Below, one piece after another: positions 24,892-32,000 of a stretch of DNA of 32,000 nucleotides. Origin of the DNA: an uncultured Erysipelotrichaceae bacterium. Lineage in GTDB: Bacteria; Bacillota_I; Bacilli_A; Erysipelotrichales; Erysipelotrichaceae. Positions within the stretch are counted from its first letter, which is position 1. Every line of letters starts with the position of its first letter. The position numbers were made by a program, and so were the translations under genes. The stretch lies in NCBI GenBank assembly GCA_942493105.1, contig OW818668.1, positions 720,001-752,000 of the forward strand, given 5' to 3'. Below the pieces are notes generated by a model. The model made no database searches. It was not told where the DNA came from and saw only the letters and a program-made list of their open reading frames with translations.

Positions 24892-25322
24892 CAATAACCC
24901 ATGCTTAGAGAAAAGGTAAAGACATCTTTGTCATGAATTGGATTGACATCAATTCCGGCACAATATCCAGCAGCCACACATTCGGTGTTGTTTGTGGAGG
25001 CATAGACCCACCAAGGACCTGCTGCATCTGCTTTCACATCATTGATTTGAGTGATATAGCGGCCATAAACATCTGTCTTATTACCTTCAAAAACCATCGC
25101 AAACTTCTTGTCTTCAATCATTTCATCCAATAGATCGCCTAAGGTTTCAGCATCTGTTCTTACGACCTTATCAAAAAAAAGCTTTTCAGATTCATCGTGA
25201 ATGATGATCTGGATCGATTTTGAACCCTGATCACGCAAACGGTCGTTATAAACTTTATAAGCACCTAACCCAAGCACCAAAACCAAGAATGCGATCCCAA
25301 TTCTTACTGCATTTTTCTTCAT
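24891..25322 (-). CDS. membrane-anchored DUF4430-like (transcobalamin beta-domain-like) protein
   Basis: N-terminal signal anchor, then GPWWVY...GIDVNPIHDKDVFTFSL, resembling the DUF4430 g..gW.y.vNg....l.dgD.i.f motif. AAGGAGG RBS. First gene after the riboswitch. Confidence 0.6.
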   Translation of the reverse strand: MKKNAVRIGIAFLVLVLGLGAYKVYNDRLRDQGSKSIQIIIHDESEKLFFDKVVRTDAETLGDLLDEMIEDKKFAMVFEGNKTDVYGRYITQINDVKADAAGPWWVYASTNNTECVAAGYCAGIDVNPIHDKDVFTFSLSMGY

Positions 25323-25333
25323 TGTGCCTCCTT

Positions 25334-25570
25334 AATAAAAACACACATCTAAGGGATGTGTGAAAAAAGACAGGCTTGTCTTTTTATCTTTTTCCCAGAA
25401 GATAAAAGCGTTGCGGATATAGGGCAGGTCTACTGGCTGGTCTTTCTTCCTTGAGGAACCTTCCCGTTTTCACAGTGGTATGTCTCCTCTTGTCCGGACC
25501 TACAGTTGCTGGGACAGCTTCGTTTTATCGAATTCCCTTTTAAGCTTTGGTAAAGCACCGTATTTCGCAA
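25334..25570 (-). promoter_or_regulatory. cobalamin riboswitch (aptamer ~25411-25570) with terminator expression platform
   Basis: Minus strand shows GGTGC...AAAAGGGAA...GCTGTCCCAGCAACTGTA...CCACTG..GGGAAGG...AGCCAGTAGACCTGCC (B12 box at 25423-25438), then two hairpins with U-tracts before the RBS. Confidence 0.88.
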
Positions 25571-25574
25571 ATTC

Positions 25575-25583
25575 ATTATATCA
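25575..25583 (-). promoter_or_regulatory. extended -10 promoter (TGaTATAAT) driving the riboswitch
   Basis: Minus strand reads AAATGATATAATGAATTTGCG. The predicted start site falls at the 5' end of the putative P1 helix. Confidence 0.6.
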
Positions 25584-25606
25584 TTTCGTTTTACGATTTA
25601 ATCAGA

Positions 25607-25643
25607 CAAAAAAGAAACATGGGTGAAATCTCACTCATGTCTC
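25607..25643 (-). terminator. rho-independent terminator of the sigma/anti-sigma operon
   Basis: Minus strand GAGACATGAGTGA-GATT-TCACCCATGTTTC (8+4 bp with one G-U pair) followed by TTTTTTGTCT. Confidence 0.75.
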
Positions 25644-25678
25644 ATTTAAGTAATTTATGAAAGTTAATAGATAAGATT

Positions 25679-27106
25679 TTAGTCATCATCTTCTTCGTCT
25701 TCATCATCCTCTTCGTAAACGTCATCATGATCGTCTTCATCATCCTCTTCGTAAACGTCATCATGATCATCTTCATCATCCTCTTCGTAAACATCATCAT
25801 GATCGTCATCATCATCATCACCAATGGTTGCCGTAGAACCTGTGTTCGTATCGACCCCATTGGCTTTCAATAATGCGGTCAATTCAGTTTCCAACTTATA
25901 ATAATCGGGTTTGATGGTTAATAAAGCTGCTTCATAGAACGATACATCGACGCCTAATAATTTCAACTGTTTGATCATGCCTGTGAGTTCTTTGATCAAA
26001 GCATCTTTATCTGCTTGAGTGATTGTGGATCCTGTCGTTGTATCTACTCCGTTTTCTTCAAGAAGTGCAACCAATTCTTTTTCAATGCTTTGCAGATCGG
26101 CAACATCCGTAGCTAAATAAGCTTCATATCCTGACACATCAATACCTAGGGCTTTTAATTGAGCCAAGAGATCAACGATAACTTCAGACATGGCGACTTT
26201 TTCGTCATCTGTTAAACTTGATCCTGCTTGTGTATCAGAATCAAGCGAATTCCATAAGGTCAAAACTTCTGCTTTCAAAACCGCTAGATTCTCACCATCT
26301 GCAGCTGCGCGAGCTCTGAGTGATACGACATCTACACCTGCTCTTTCAAGTCGATCTAGGAAACGTTCAAGTAATGAACGGGTATTTAGTGTGGTCTTCT
26401 TGACGATACTTGAGATGGTTTCTAAAAGTTCTAGGTTATCTGTGCTCTTTAAGAAATCGGATATAGACATCATGACACCATTGTTGTTTACTAAACCATT
26501 GACAATGAACAATCCTAAGGGAACATCCTTATCTTTGGCAGCCATGAGTTGCTGTAAAGTGGCTTTGATCAGTGCGACATTGACATCATCACTAACCCCT
26601 TCTTTTTCCAGGTTTTCAAGAATCAATTCATAGAGTTGATTTGCATCATTCTCATCACCTGATTTTGCTGGAGCTGTAGTAACCACAACATAATCTGAAT
26701 CTGTTAAATATCCTGCTTCTTGTGCTCTCAAGATCAGTGTTTCAACCACTAGAACTGCATCTAGTCCTTCCAGATCATTTATTTCTATGCTTTCAGCATC
26801 ATCATTTTCAGCGATGATCTTAAGTACTTTGTTGTCTTTGTCAACTTCAAGTGTAAAACTTGGATTGATGTCAATTGAAACAAGGGTCGTTATTAAACTG
26901 GTCACTGGAGCTTTTTTATTTAGCCCATCAAAGAAAGAACCAAATAAAACCAAACAGATCAAAGTAAAACTGATCAGTCCGTTTCTTAACCAAAAAGAGC
27001 CTTCGCTATTTTTCGGTTTCTTTAAGCCGAGATCTTTTCTAAGTTGTTGAAGTATTTTTTCTTCACTCATGATGTTGAGTGATACTGCTTTGCGTAATTT
27101 ACTCAT
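25679..27106 (-). CDS. single-pass membrane protein, putative anti-sigma factor with repeat-containing extracytoplasmic region and acidic tail
   Basis: Starts 66 nt downstream of the sigma gene stop. AAGGAG lies 6 nt before ATG 27106. Has a ~39-aa cytoplasmic N-terminus, one TM helix, a SIDINPSFTLEVDKDNKVL segment as seen after the TM of RsgI-like anti-sigmas, 3 x 64-aa repeats and a D/E/H tail. Confidence 0.6.
   Translation of the reverse strand: MSKLRKAVSLNIMSEEKILQQLRKDLGLKKPKNSEGSFWLRNGLISFTLICLVLFGSFFDGLNKKAPVTSLITTLVSIDINPSFTLEVDKDNKVLKIIAENDDAESIEINDLEGLDAVLVVETLILRAQEAGYLTDSDYVVVTTAPAKSGDENDANQLYELILENLEKEGVSDDVNVALIKATLQQLMAAKDKDVPLGLFIVNGLVNNNGVMMSISDFLKSTDNLELLETISSIVKKTTLNTRSLLERFLDRLERAGVDVVSLRARAAADGENLAVLKAEVLTLWNSLDSDTQAGSSLTDDEKVAMSEVIVDLLAQLKALGIDVSGYEAYLATDVADLQSIEKELVALLEENGVDTTTGSTITQADKDALIKELTGMIKQLKLLGVDVSFYEAALLTIKPDYYKLETELTALLKANGVDTNTGSTATIGDDDDDDHDDVYEEDDEDDHDDVYEEDDEDDHDDVYEEDDEDEEDDD
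25699..25806. repeat. tandem repeat, 3 x 36 bp (in frame, encodes DDHDDVYEEDDE x3)
   Basis: Copies at 25699-25734, 25735-25770 and 25771-25806. Copies 2 and 3 each differ from copy 1 by a single base. Confidence 0.95.
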
Positions 27107-27172
27107 CTTATTCTCCTTTTTGTACACTACTATGATAGAGAGAACTTAAGGTGAAATAGTTTCAAAAAAAGA

Positions 27173-27691
27173 TCATTTCTGATCTAGTTTTTCCTTTAGG
27201 GTATGAATGGCTCTATAATAACGTGTTTTTATGGTGTTTTCACTCAATTCAAGTTGTGTGGCAATCTCATTGAAAGTAAGGTCATAACGGAATCTACCAC
27301 CTATAATTTTCTGATCCAGTATGGATAAGTTCTTAATCTGTTTATAGATTAACTCAATAGTGCTTTTATCGATGATTTCTAGAGCCAAATCCGTATTATC
27401 AGGGATGTTCTCTAAAAGGTTTAGTTCATCATCACTTAGAAGTATGGCTTGGTTTGCCTTATCCTTATAATAAAGAGCCAACTCATTCGTAGTCATACTC
27501 ATCAAATACGCTTGAGGATTATCTATGGTCTTATTTTTTTGTATGACAGATACATAGTAATGGGCATATACATTTTGTACGATATCTTGCGCATCTTCAA
27601 GAGATGCAACTTTGAAAAACACATGTCTAGATAGCGTGTTAAAAGTTGCATGATAAATATTTTCGAAAAGTTCTTGTTTGGAGAGTGTCAT
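27173..27691 (-). CDS. ECF-type sigma-70 family RNA polymerase sigma factor
   Basis: 172 aa. Region 2 reads DAQDIVQNVY; region 4 HTH reads LTFNEIATQLELSENTIKTRYYRAIHTLKEKL. Confidence 0.85.
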   Translation of the reverse strand: MTLSKQELFENIYHATFNTLSRHVFFKVASLEDAQDIVQNVYAHYYVSVIQKNKTIDNPQAYLMSMTTNELALYYKDKANQAILLSDDELNLLENIPDNTDLALEIIDKSTIELIYKQIKNLSILDQKIIGGRFRYDLTFNEIATQLELSENTIKTRYYRAIHTLKEKLDQK

Positions 27692-27700
27692 TTCGAACCT

Positions 27701-27729
27701 ATTCTATGCCTAGGCCTAGTACCGGTCAA
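27701..27729 (-). promoter_or_regulatory. housekeeping-type promoter for the sigma gene (-35 TTGACC, 17 nt, -10 TAGAAT)
   Basis: Minus strand reads TTGACCggtactaggcctaggcaTAGAATaggttcgaaATG. Only 9 nt separate the -10 from the ATG and there is no SD. Confidence 0.55.
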
Positions 27730-27869
27730 GTAAAGTGAATTTTTCTTAACAATGATATTCAATTTGTTTGGATTATGCGAGTTAGCACTGATTGATGAAC
27801 CAGTTATTCATTACAAATCAGACCCTTTTGAGTAATAGAAAAAAGTGATATGAGATGATGTTTTGAAGG

Positions 27870-27898
27870 TTTACAATCAGAGTTTAGAATGTTATAAT
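27870..27898 (+). promoter_or_regulatory. promoter of the rpsF operon (-35 TTTACA, 17 nt, -10 TATAAT)
   Basis: TTTACA at 27870-27875, a 17-nt spacer, and TATAAT at 27893-27898. Confidence 0.7.
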
Positions 27899-27926
27899 CT
27901 TAAAACGAGTAGATAGTCTTTATTTA

Positions 27927-27961
27927 CTCCTTGCCTGAAAAGGCCATAAGACCAAAAGGAG
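27927..27961 (+). promoter_or_regulatory. rpsF 5' leader hairpin pairing an anti-SD with the SD
   Basis: CTCCTT (27927-27932) is complementary to AAGGAG (27956-27961). An inner GCCT-GAAA-AGGC hairpin (27933-27944) and an 11-nt 3' internal loop lie between them. Confidence 0.45.
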
Positions 27962-27969
27962 GTGACCAC

Positions 27970-28260
27970 ATGAGAAAATATGAAATCATGTACATCGTCA
28001 AAGCTTCATTGGAAGACGCAGTTCGCAACGAACTCATCGCTTCTTTACACGGTATCCTAACCAGCAATGGTGGGGTAATCAGTAAAGCAGATGATTGGGG
28101 CGTTAAAGAATATGCTTATCCGATCGACTTTACGACGAGAGGTTACTACATGGTATTGAACGTAGAAGCAGAACCCGAAACCATCAAGGAATTCGACCGC
28201 TTAACACGTATTAATACAAATGTAGTGAGAACACTCATTATCAATTTAGAAGATAACTAA
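27970..28260 (+). CDS. rpsF: 30S ribosomal protein S6
   Basis: MRKYEIMYIV... N-terminus. AAGGAGGTGA RBS 4 nt upstream; the upstream TTG 27931 start is rejected. Confidence 0.95.
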   Translation: MRKYEIMYIVKASLEDAVRNELIASLHGILTSNGGVISKADDWGVKEYAYPIDFTTRGYYMVLNVEAEPETIKEFDRLTRINTNVVRTLIINLEDN

Positions 28261-28269
28261 GGGGCACAT

Positions 28270-28728
28270 ATGATCAATCGTGTTGTCGTCGTTGGGAACC
28301 TCACCAGAGACCCAATGTTCAGTAAGATTTCCACCGGAACATCTAAAGTGATGTTTAGTATTGCGGTCAATCGCAAATACAAAGACCAGGAACAAACCGA
28401 TTATGTTCCCTGTGTCGCATGGGGTCAATCCGCTGACTACTTGAATCAATACGCTAAAAAAGGAAACACGGTCGCAATCGAAGGTCGTGTCACATCCAGA
28501 AGTTATGATGATAAAGATGGACGTAAAGTTTATGTCACCGAAGTCAATTGTGACAATGTCCAACTCATCAAAGCAGGTTCTTCACCTGCTCCGCAAAACG
28601 TCACTCAGACGTCTCAACAAGCACCTAAAGCCACACCTGGCTATTTCCCTGATGAAGCTTCCGTCAATGATGACGACTTCAATACAGGACCTTTGCTGGA
28701 TATCTCCAGCGATGATCTTCCATTCTAA
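28270..28728 (+). CDS. ssb: single-stranded DNA-binding protein
   Basis: OB-fold N-terminus MINRVVVVGNLTRDP and acidic C-terminal tip DDLPF. Confidence 0.96.
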   Translation: MINRVVVVGNLTRDPMFSKISTGTSKVMFSIAVNRKYKDQEQTDYVPCVAWGQSADYLNQYAKKGNTVAIEGRVTSRSYDDKDGRKVYVTEVNCDNVQLIKAGSSPAPQNVTQTSQQAPKATPGYFPDEASVNDDDFNTGPLLDISSDDLPF

Positions 28729-28740
28729 GAAAGGAGACTT

Positions 28741-28974
28741 ATGGCAGTCTACAAAAAACAAAGAATTGGCCGTAAAAAAGTATGTTATTTCACTAAAAAC
28801 AACATCACGGTCATCGACTATAAGGATATCGAACTCTTGAAGAGATTTATCTCTTCCAATGGTAAGATCATTCCTCGACGCGTTACAGGTACCAATGCTA
28901 AATACCAACGCATGTTGGCGACAGCAGTTAAACGCGCTCGTCAAATGGCATTACTCCCTTACGTAGCAGACTAA
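28741..28974 (+). CDS. rpsR: 30S ribosomal protein S18
   Basis: KKVCYFT...IDYKD..LLKRFIS..GKI.PRR.TG and MALLPY motifs. Confidence 0.96.
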   Translation: MAVYKKQRIGRKKVCYFTKNNITVIDYKDIELLKRFISSNGKIIPRRVTGTNAKYQRMLATAVKRARQMALLPYVAD

Positions 28975-28980
28975 ACGCAA

Positions 28981-29009
28981 AGCTCCACCTTAGGGTGGGG
29001 CTTTATTTA
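28981..29009 (+). terminator. rho-independent terminator or attenuator after rpsR
   Basis: AGCTCCACC-TTAG-GGTGGGGCT (9 bp, one G-U pair) followed by TTATTT. Confidence 0.7.
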
Positions 29010-29015
29010 AATGAA

Positions 29016-29924
29016 ATGAAAAAACAAGTACGAGCGGTTACCGAAGGCGCCATGATGTTGGCGATGGTTGGTTTATTTCTATATATCAACAGATTATCGG
29101 GACATGCCTTTGATGGTATCCTGTCTTTTATGATGCCTTTACCGGCTATTTTTTACATTGCGAAATATGGTTTCAAACAAGGATTGATATTAGCGGTTTC
29201 GATGATTTTATTAGGTTTGATCATTGCGGATCCCATCAGTTTGTTTTATGTAATTACGGCCGTGGTGGTTGGATTGGTTTATGGATATGGGATCTATAAA
29301 GATAAAGATAATGGATGGCTCTTATTATGGACAACGGTTATGACCGCCATCAGTTTTTTTATAGAAATGGTATTGTTGGCGAATTTCTTTGGATACAATT
29401 ACACCAATGAAGTAAGTATCCTAATCGATACTTTAAAAGGGATGGGAATGCAAAACATGCCTGATAATATAGATACACTAATATTATCGATCTATCCTCT
29501 TGCGATGCTGATGACAGCCTTTGTACAGGCATTGGTAACACATATTTTAGCGACCATCCTTTTAAAACGTCTCAAGATCAAAACGCGCTCAATGAAGCCT
29601 TTATCACAGATATACTTACCTAAAAAAATTGCGTTACTGTTTGCACTAGGATTGTTTGCGAACTTCGGGGTGAAAATGACCAGCGATGAAACCATACAGA
29701 TCATCTTAACAAACATTGGTGTCTTCTCAATGTTGACGTTTTGTATAGATGCCTATGTTTTTATGCTGATCGTTTCCAAAATTTCAAAAAAATCATACTT
29801 GGGGATACTTTCAGTTCTACTGTTTATGTTTATCCCATATGTGGGGGTCGCCATTGGGATGTTTGACAGTTTTACAGACCTAAGAAAAAGAGTATTATAT
29901 ACATATGCACAACCAACTGACTAA
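29016..29924 (+). CDS. yybS: YybS-like polytopic membrane protein (DUF2232)
   Basis: About 302 aa and multi-TM, located between rpsR and gdpP as yybS is in B. subtilis. Start uncertain: no SD, and the GTG 28995 start lies inside the terminator stem. Confidence 0.7.
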   Translation: MKKQVRAVTEGAMMLAMVGLFLYINRLSGHAFDGILSFMMPLPAIFYIAKYGFKQGLILAVSMILLGLIIADPISLFYVITAVVVGLVYGYGIYKDKDNGWLLLWTTVMTAISFFIEMVLLANFFGYNYTNEVSILIDTLKGMGMQNMPDNIDTLILSIYPLAMLMTAFVQALVTHILATILLKRLKIKTRSMKPLSQIYLPKKIALLFALGLFANFGVKMTSDETIQIILTNIGVFSMLTFCIDAYVFMLIVSKISKKSYLGILSVLLFMFIPYVGVAIGMFDSFTDLRKRVLYTYAQPTD

Positions 29925-31884
29925 ACTGAGAAAAAACATAGCATGGATATTAATCTTTGAAACCATCGTTTTGATTTTTGCTCATGTGCTTTTAAAACAA
30001 CCTGTTAATTGGTTGGATCTTGTCTTGGTTGTGATCAATTTATTGCTCATCGTAGGACTGTCTGAACTCTTTGAATCAAATCTAGCCAAACGCAACTTTT
30101 CTTTATCACAAATCATAGGTGAAGAAGCTCATCAAGCTTTTATCTTTGGGAATATTGGATTGATGACTTATGACAGTAACTTAAATGTTACTTGGGCCAA
30201 TGAATTCCTACTAGAAAGATTTGAACAACTCATTGGAAAGCAAATCAGCAGTTGGATTCCTGAAACTCAACCTTTGTTTAATTCAGAATCAGATTTGATC
30301 ACCGTGACTTTGGATGAATATACATATGAAGTACGAAAAAAAGAAGATGGGCAAACCCTATTCTTTAGAGATATCACGGATTACTATACTTTGCGTGAAC
30401 TAAGCACCAATCAACAAATGGTCATTGGATATGTTCACTTAGACAACTATGAAGAAACTGCGTTATATTCTGATGATAAAACAACTGGTCAAATCGACAC
30501 CAATATTCGTCAACGTATTATTGAATGGGCACGAGGTCACGGTATTTTGGTTCGTCGCTTAAGAACAAATAGATTAATGCTGGTCCTTAATCAACAACTC
30601 TTTGAGAAACTCATCAACGATAATTTTTCAATCATGAAAATAATCCATGAAGAGGCAGCAAAATTAGATGTTGCGATTACTTTGTCGATTGGATTTGGAA
30701 AAGGTTCGAATGATGTTCAGATGTTGGATGAAATGGCGCTCAATGCTTTAGAACTGGCTCAAAGCCGTGGTGGAGATCAAATCGCCATCAAAGCCTATGA
30801 TCAAGAAGTAGAATATGTTGGTGGCGGATCACAAGCGCAAGAAAAGCGCAGCAAAGTAAGAGCCCGTATTATCGCTCAAACCTTGAAGGATTTGATTCAT
30901 AAATCAGATAATGTCATTCTTGTCGGACATAAAGAAATGGATTTTGACTGTATGGGTTCAGCTTTAGCCATGGGTAATATTGCCCGCAGTAACGACAAAG
31001 AAGCTTATTTTGTCATCGCAGGAGGCATTGAAGCAAAATTGCAGAATGCCTTCAATGAATATAGAGATGAGTTATCTCACACCAATGTGTTTGTTGATGA
31101 AGATCAAGCTGGTCTTTTATTGAAGCCAAAGTCATTGGTGGTCATGTTGGATCATCATAATGCCAATCAATCCAGCGTTCCTTCACTCATCACAAAATCA
31201 CGCAGAGTCGTTGTCATTGACCATCATCGCAGAAATCAAGATTTTAACTTTGATCCATTAATGGTCTATACTGAGACCGCTGCTTCTTCATGCAGTGAAT
31301 TGGTCACCGAACTGATTCCATATCAGCCTAAACATTTTGATTTGACAAAAGAAGAAGCAACGATGATCCTAACAGGCATCATCATCGATACCAATCGTTT
31401 TAGGATCAGAACAGGAAGCCGTACTTTTGAAGTGGCATCATTGCTTAAACAATACGGTGCTGATCCAGTCAAAGCCAATGAGTTTTTAAAAGATGATCTT
31501 GAGATCTTTGAACAAAAAGCCAAACTCTATAACAATATTAGCGTAGATGAACATCAATTCGCGATCACATCGATCCAAAATGAACAGATCAGTCGTTCAG
31601 TCATGTCGCAAACTGCTGATATGATGTTGGCCATAAAAGGGGTAGAAGCATCCTTTGTTGTGGCAATGGATGACAACAATGATATTGCTGTCTCTGCTCG
31701 CTCAAACGGAAATGTGAATGTCCATGCTATAATGGAACAAATGAATGGCGGCGGACATTTTTCTGCAGCCGGTCTACAAAGATCAAATACCACAGTTCAA
31801 GATGTACTGGCTGAATTAAAGGAAGTACTTCAAAAAAGTGTCGCCAAGGAGGAAAGAAACAATGAAAATCATTCTACTGAGTGA
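29905..31884 (+). CDS. gdpP: cyclic-di-AMP phosphodiesterase GdpP (YybT)
   Basis: Two N-terminal TM helices, a PAS-like and degenerate GGDEF-like middle, DHH motif (VVIDHHRR) and DHHA1 GGGH ([10 protein letters not shown]). Confidence 0.92.
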   Translation: MHNQLTKLRKNIAWILIFETIVLIFAHVLLKQPVNWLDLVLVVINLLLIVGLSELFESNLAKRNFSLSQIIGEEAHQAFIFGNIGLMTYDSNLNVTWANEFLLERFEQLIGKQISSWIPETQPLFNSESDLITVTLDEYTYEVRKKEDGQTLFFRDITDYYTLRELSTNQQMVIGYVHLDNYEETALYSDDKTTGQIDTNIRQRIIEWARGHGILVRRLRTNRLMLVLNQQLFEKLINDNFSIMKIIHEEAAKLDVAITLSIGFGKGSNDVQMLDEMALNALELAQSRGGDQIAIKAYDQEVEYVGGGSQAQEKRSKVRARIIAQTLKDLIHKSDNVILVGHKEMDFDCMGSALAMGNIARSNDKEAYFVIAGGIEAKLQNAFNEYRDELSHTNVFVDEDQAGLLLKPKSLVVMLDHHNANQSSVPSLITKSRRVVVIDHHRRNQDFNFDPLMVYTETAASSCSELVTELIPYQPKHFDLTKEEATMILTGIIIDTNRFRIRTGSRTFEVASLLKQYGADPVKANEFLKDDLEIFEQKAKLYNNISVDEHQFAITSIQNEQISRSVMSQTADMMLAIKGVEASFVVAMDDNNDIAVSARSNGNVNVHAIMEQMNGGGHFSAAGLQRSNTTVQDVLAELKEVLQKSVAKEERNNENHSTE

Positions 31885-32000
31885 TGTTAAAAATGTAGGA
31901 AAAAAAGGGCAGATCTGTGAAGTTGCGGATGGTTATGCTCGTAATTATCTGATCAAGAATAGGTTGGCAGTTCCTGCATCTTCACAAGCAGAAGCCATCT
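31862..32000 (+). CDS. rplI: 50S ribosomal protein L9 (3'-truncated by window end)
   Basis: [31 protein letters not shown]... AAGGAGG at 31846-31852. Frame open to base 32000. Overlaps the gdpP 3' end by 23 nt. Confidence 0.92.
   Translation, partial: MKIILLSDVKNVGKKGQICEVADGYARNYLIKNRLAVPASSQAEAI

Noticed and set aside
25642-25860. 72-aa Met-rich ORF (MMMMTIMMMFTKRMMK...) on the minus strand
   Set aside because: It is an alternative-frame reading of the 36-bp acidic tandem repeat at the 3' end of the anti-sigma gene. It spans that gene's stop and has no RBS, so it is a repeat artefact.
26190-26633. 147-aa Ser-rich ORF on the plus strand
   Set aside because: It lies antisense and fully inside the anti-sigma CDS. 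Composition is low-complexity, with no RBS or promoter, so it is a shadow ORF.
27692-27700. GGTTCGAA (minus strand), a tRNA T-loop-like motif, which raised the possibility of a tRNA gene
   Set aside because: The flanking sequence cannot form acceptor, D or anticodon arms. The motif sits directly against the sigma gene ATG.
29004-29018. TATTTA 6 nt before the yybS ATG as another leaderless promoter
   Set aside because: It is only a 4/6 match to TATAAT and is simply the U-tract of the rpsR terminator. Read-through translation is equally plausible, so it was not called.

Overview
Low-GC chromosomal window from a Bacillota or Mollicutes-like bacterium using the standard genetic code (TGA is used as a stop). 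Three housekeeping blocks match Bacillus subtilis gene order. Block 1 (1-10433, + strand): tsaC/ywlC-rpiB-glyA-upp, the nine-gene F1Fo ATP synthase operon, a ywzB-like gene and mreB. Block 2 (11135-18153, +): tilS-hpt-ftsH, then hslO-dusB-lysS. Block 3 (27970-32000, +): rpsF-ssb-rpsR-yybS-gdpP-rplI. Between them, on the minus strand, lies a less conserved stretch (18.2-27.7 kb). It holds a class II photolyase translationally coupled to an unknown membrane protein, and an apparently intact IS3-family element sitting inside the loop of a terminator hairpin. It also holds a cobalamin module (riboswitch, DUF4430 protein, CbrT-like S component, PduO adenosyltransferase, NrdJ) and an ECF-type sigma factor with a putative anti-sigma partner. 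The partner is single-pass, with three 64-aa helical repeats and an Asp/Glu/His tail encoded by a 3 x 36 bp tandem repeat. A solitary MazF/PemK-fold gene with an N-terminal extension sits between mreB and tilS. No rRNA, tRNA or CRISPR array was seen. The sigma/anti-sigma pair is the best candidate for an undescribed system. All calls rest on reading the sequence and recalled family motifs; no database search was run.
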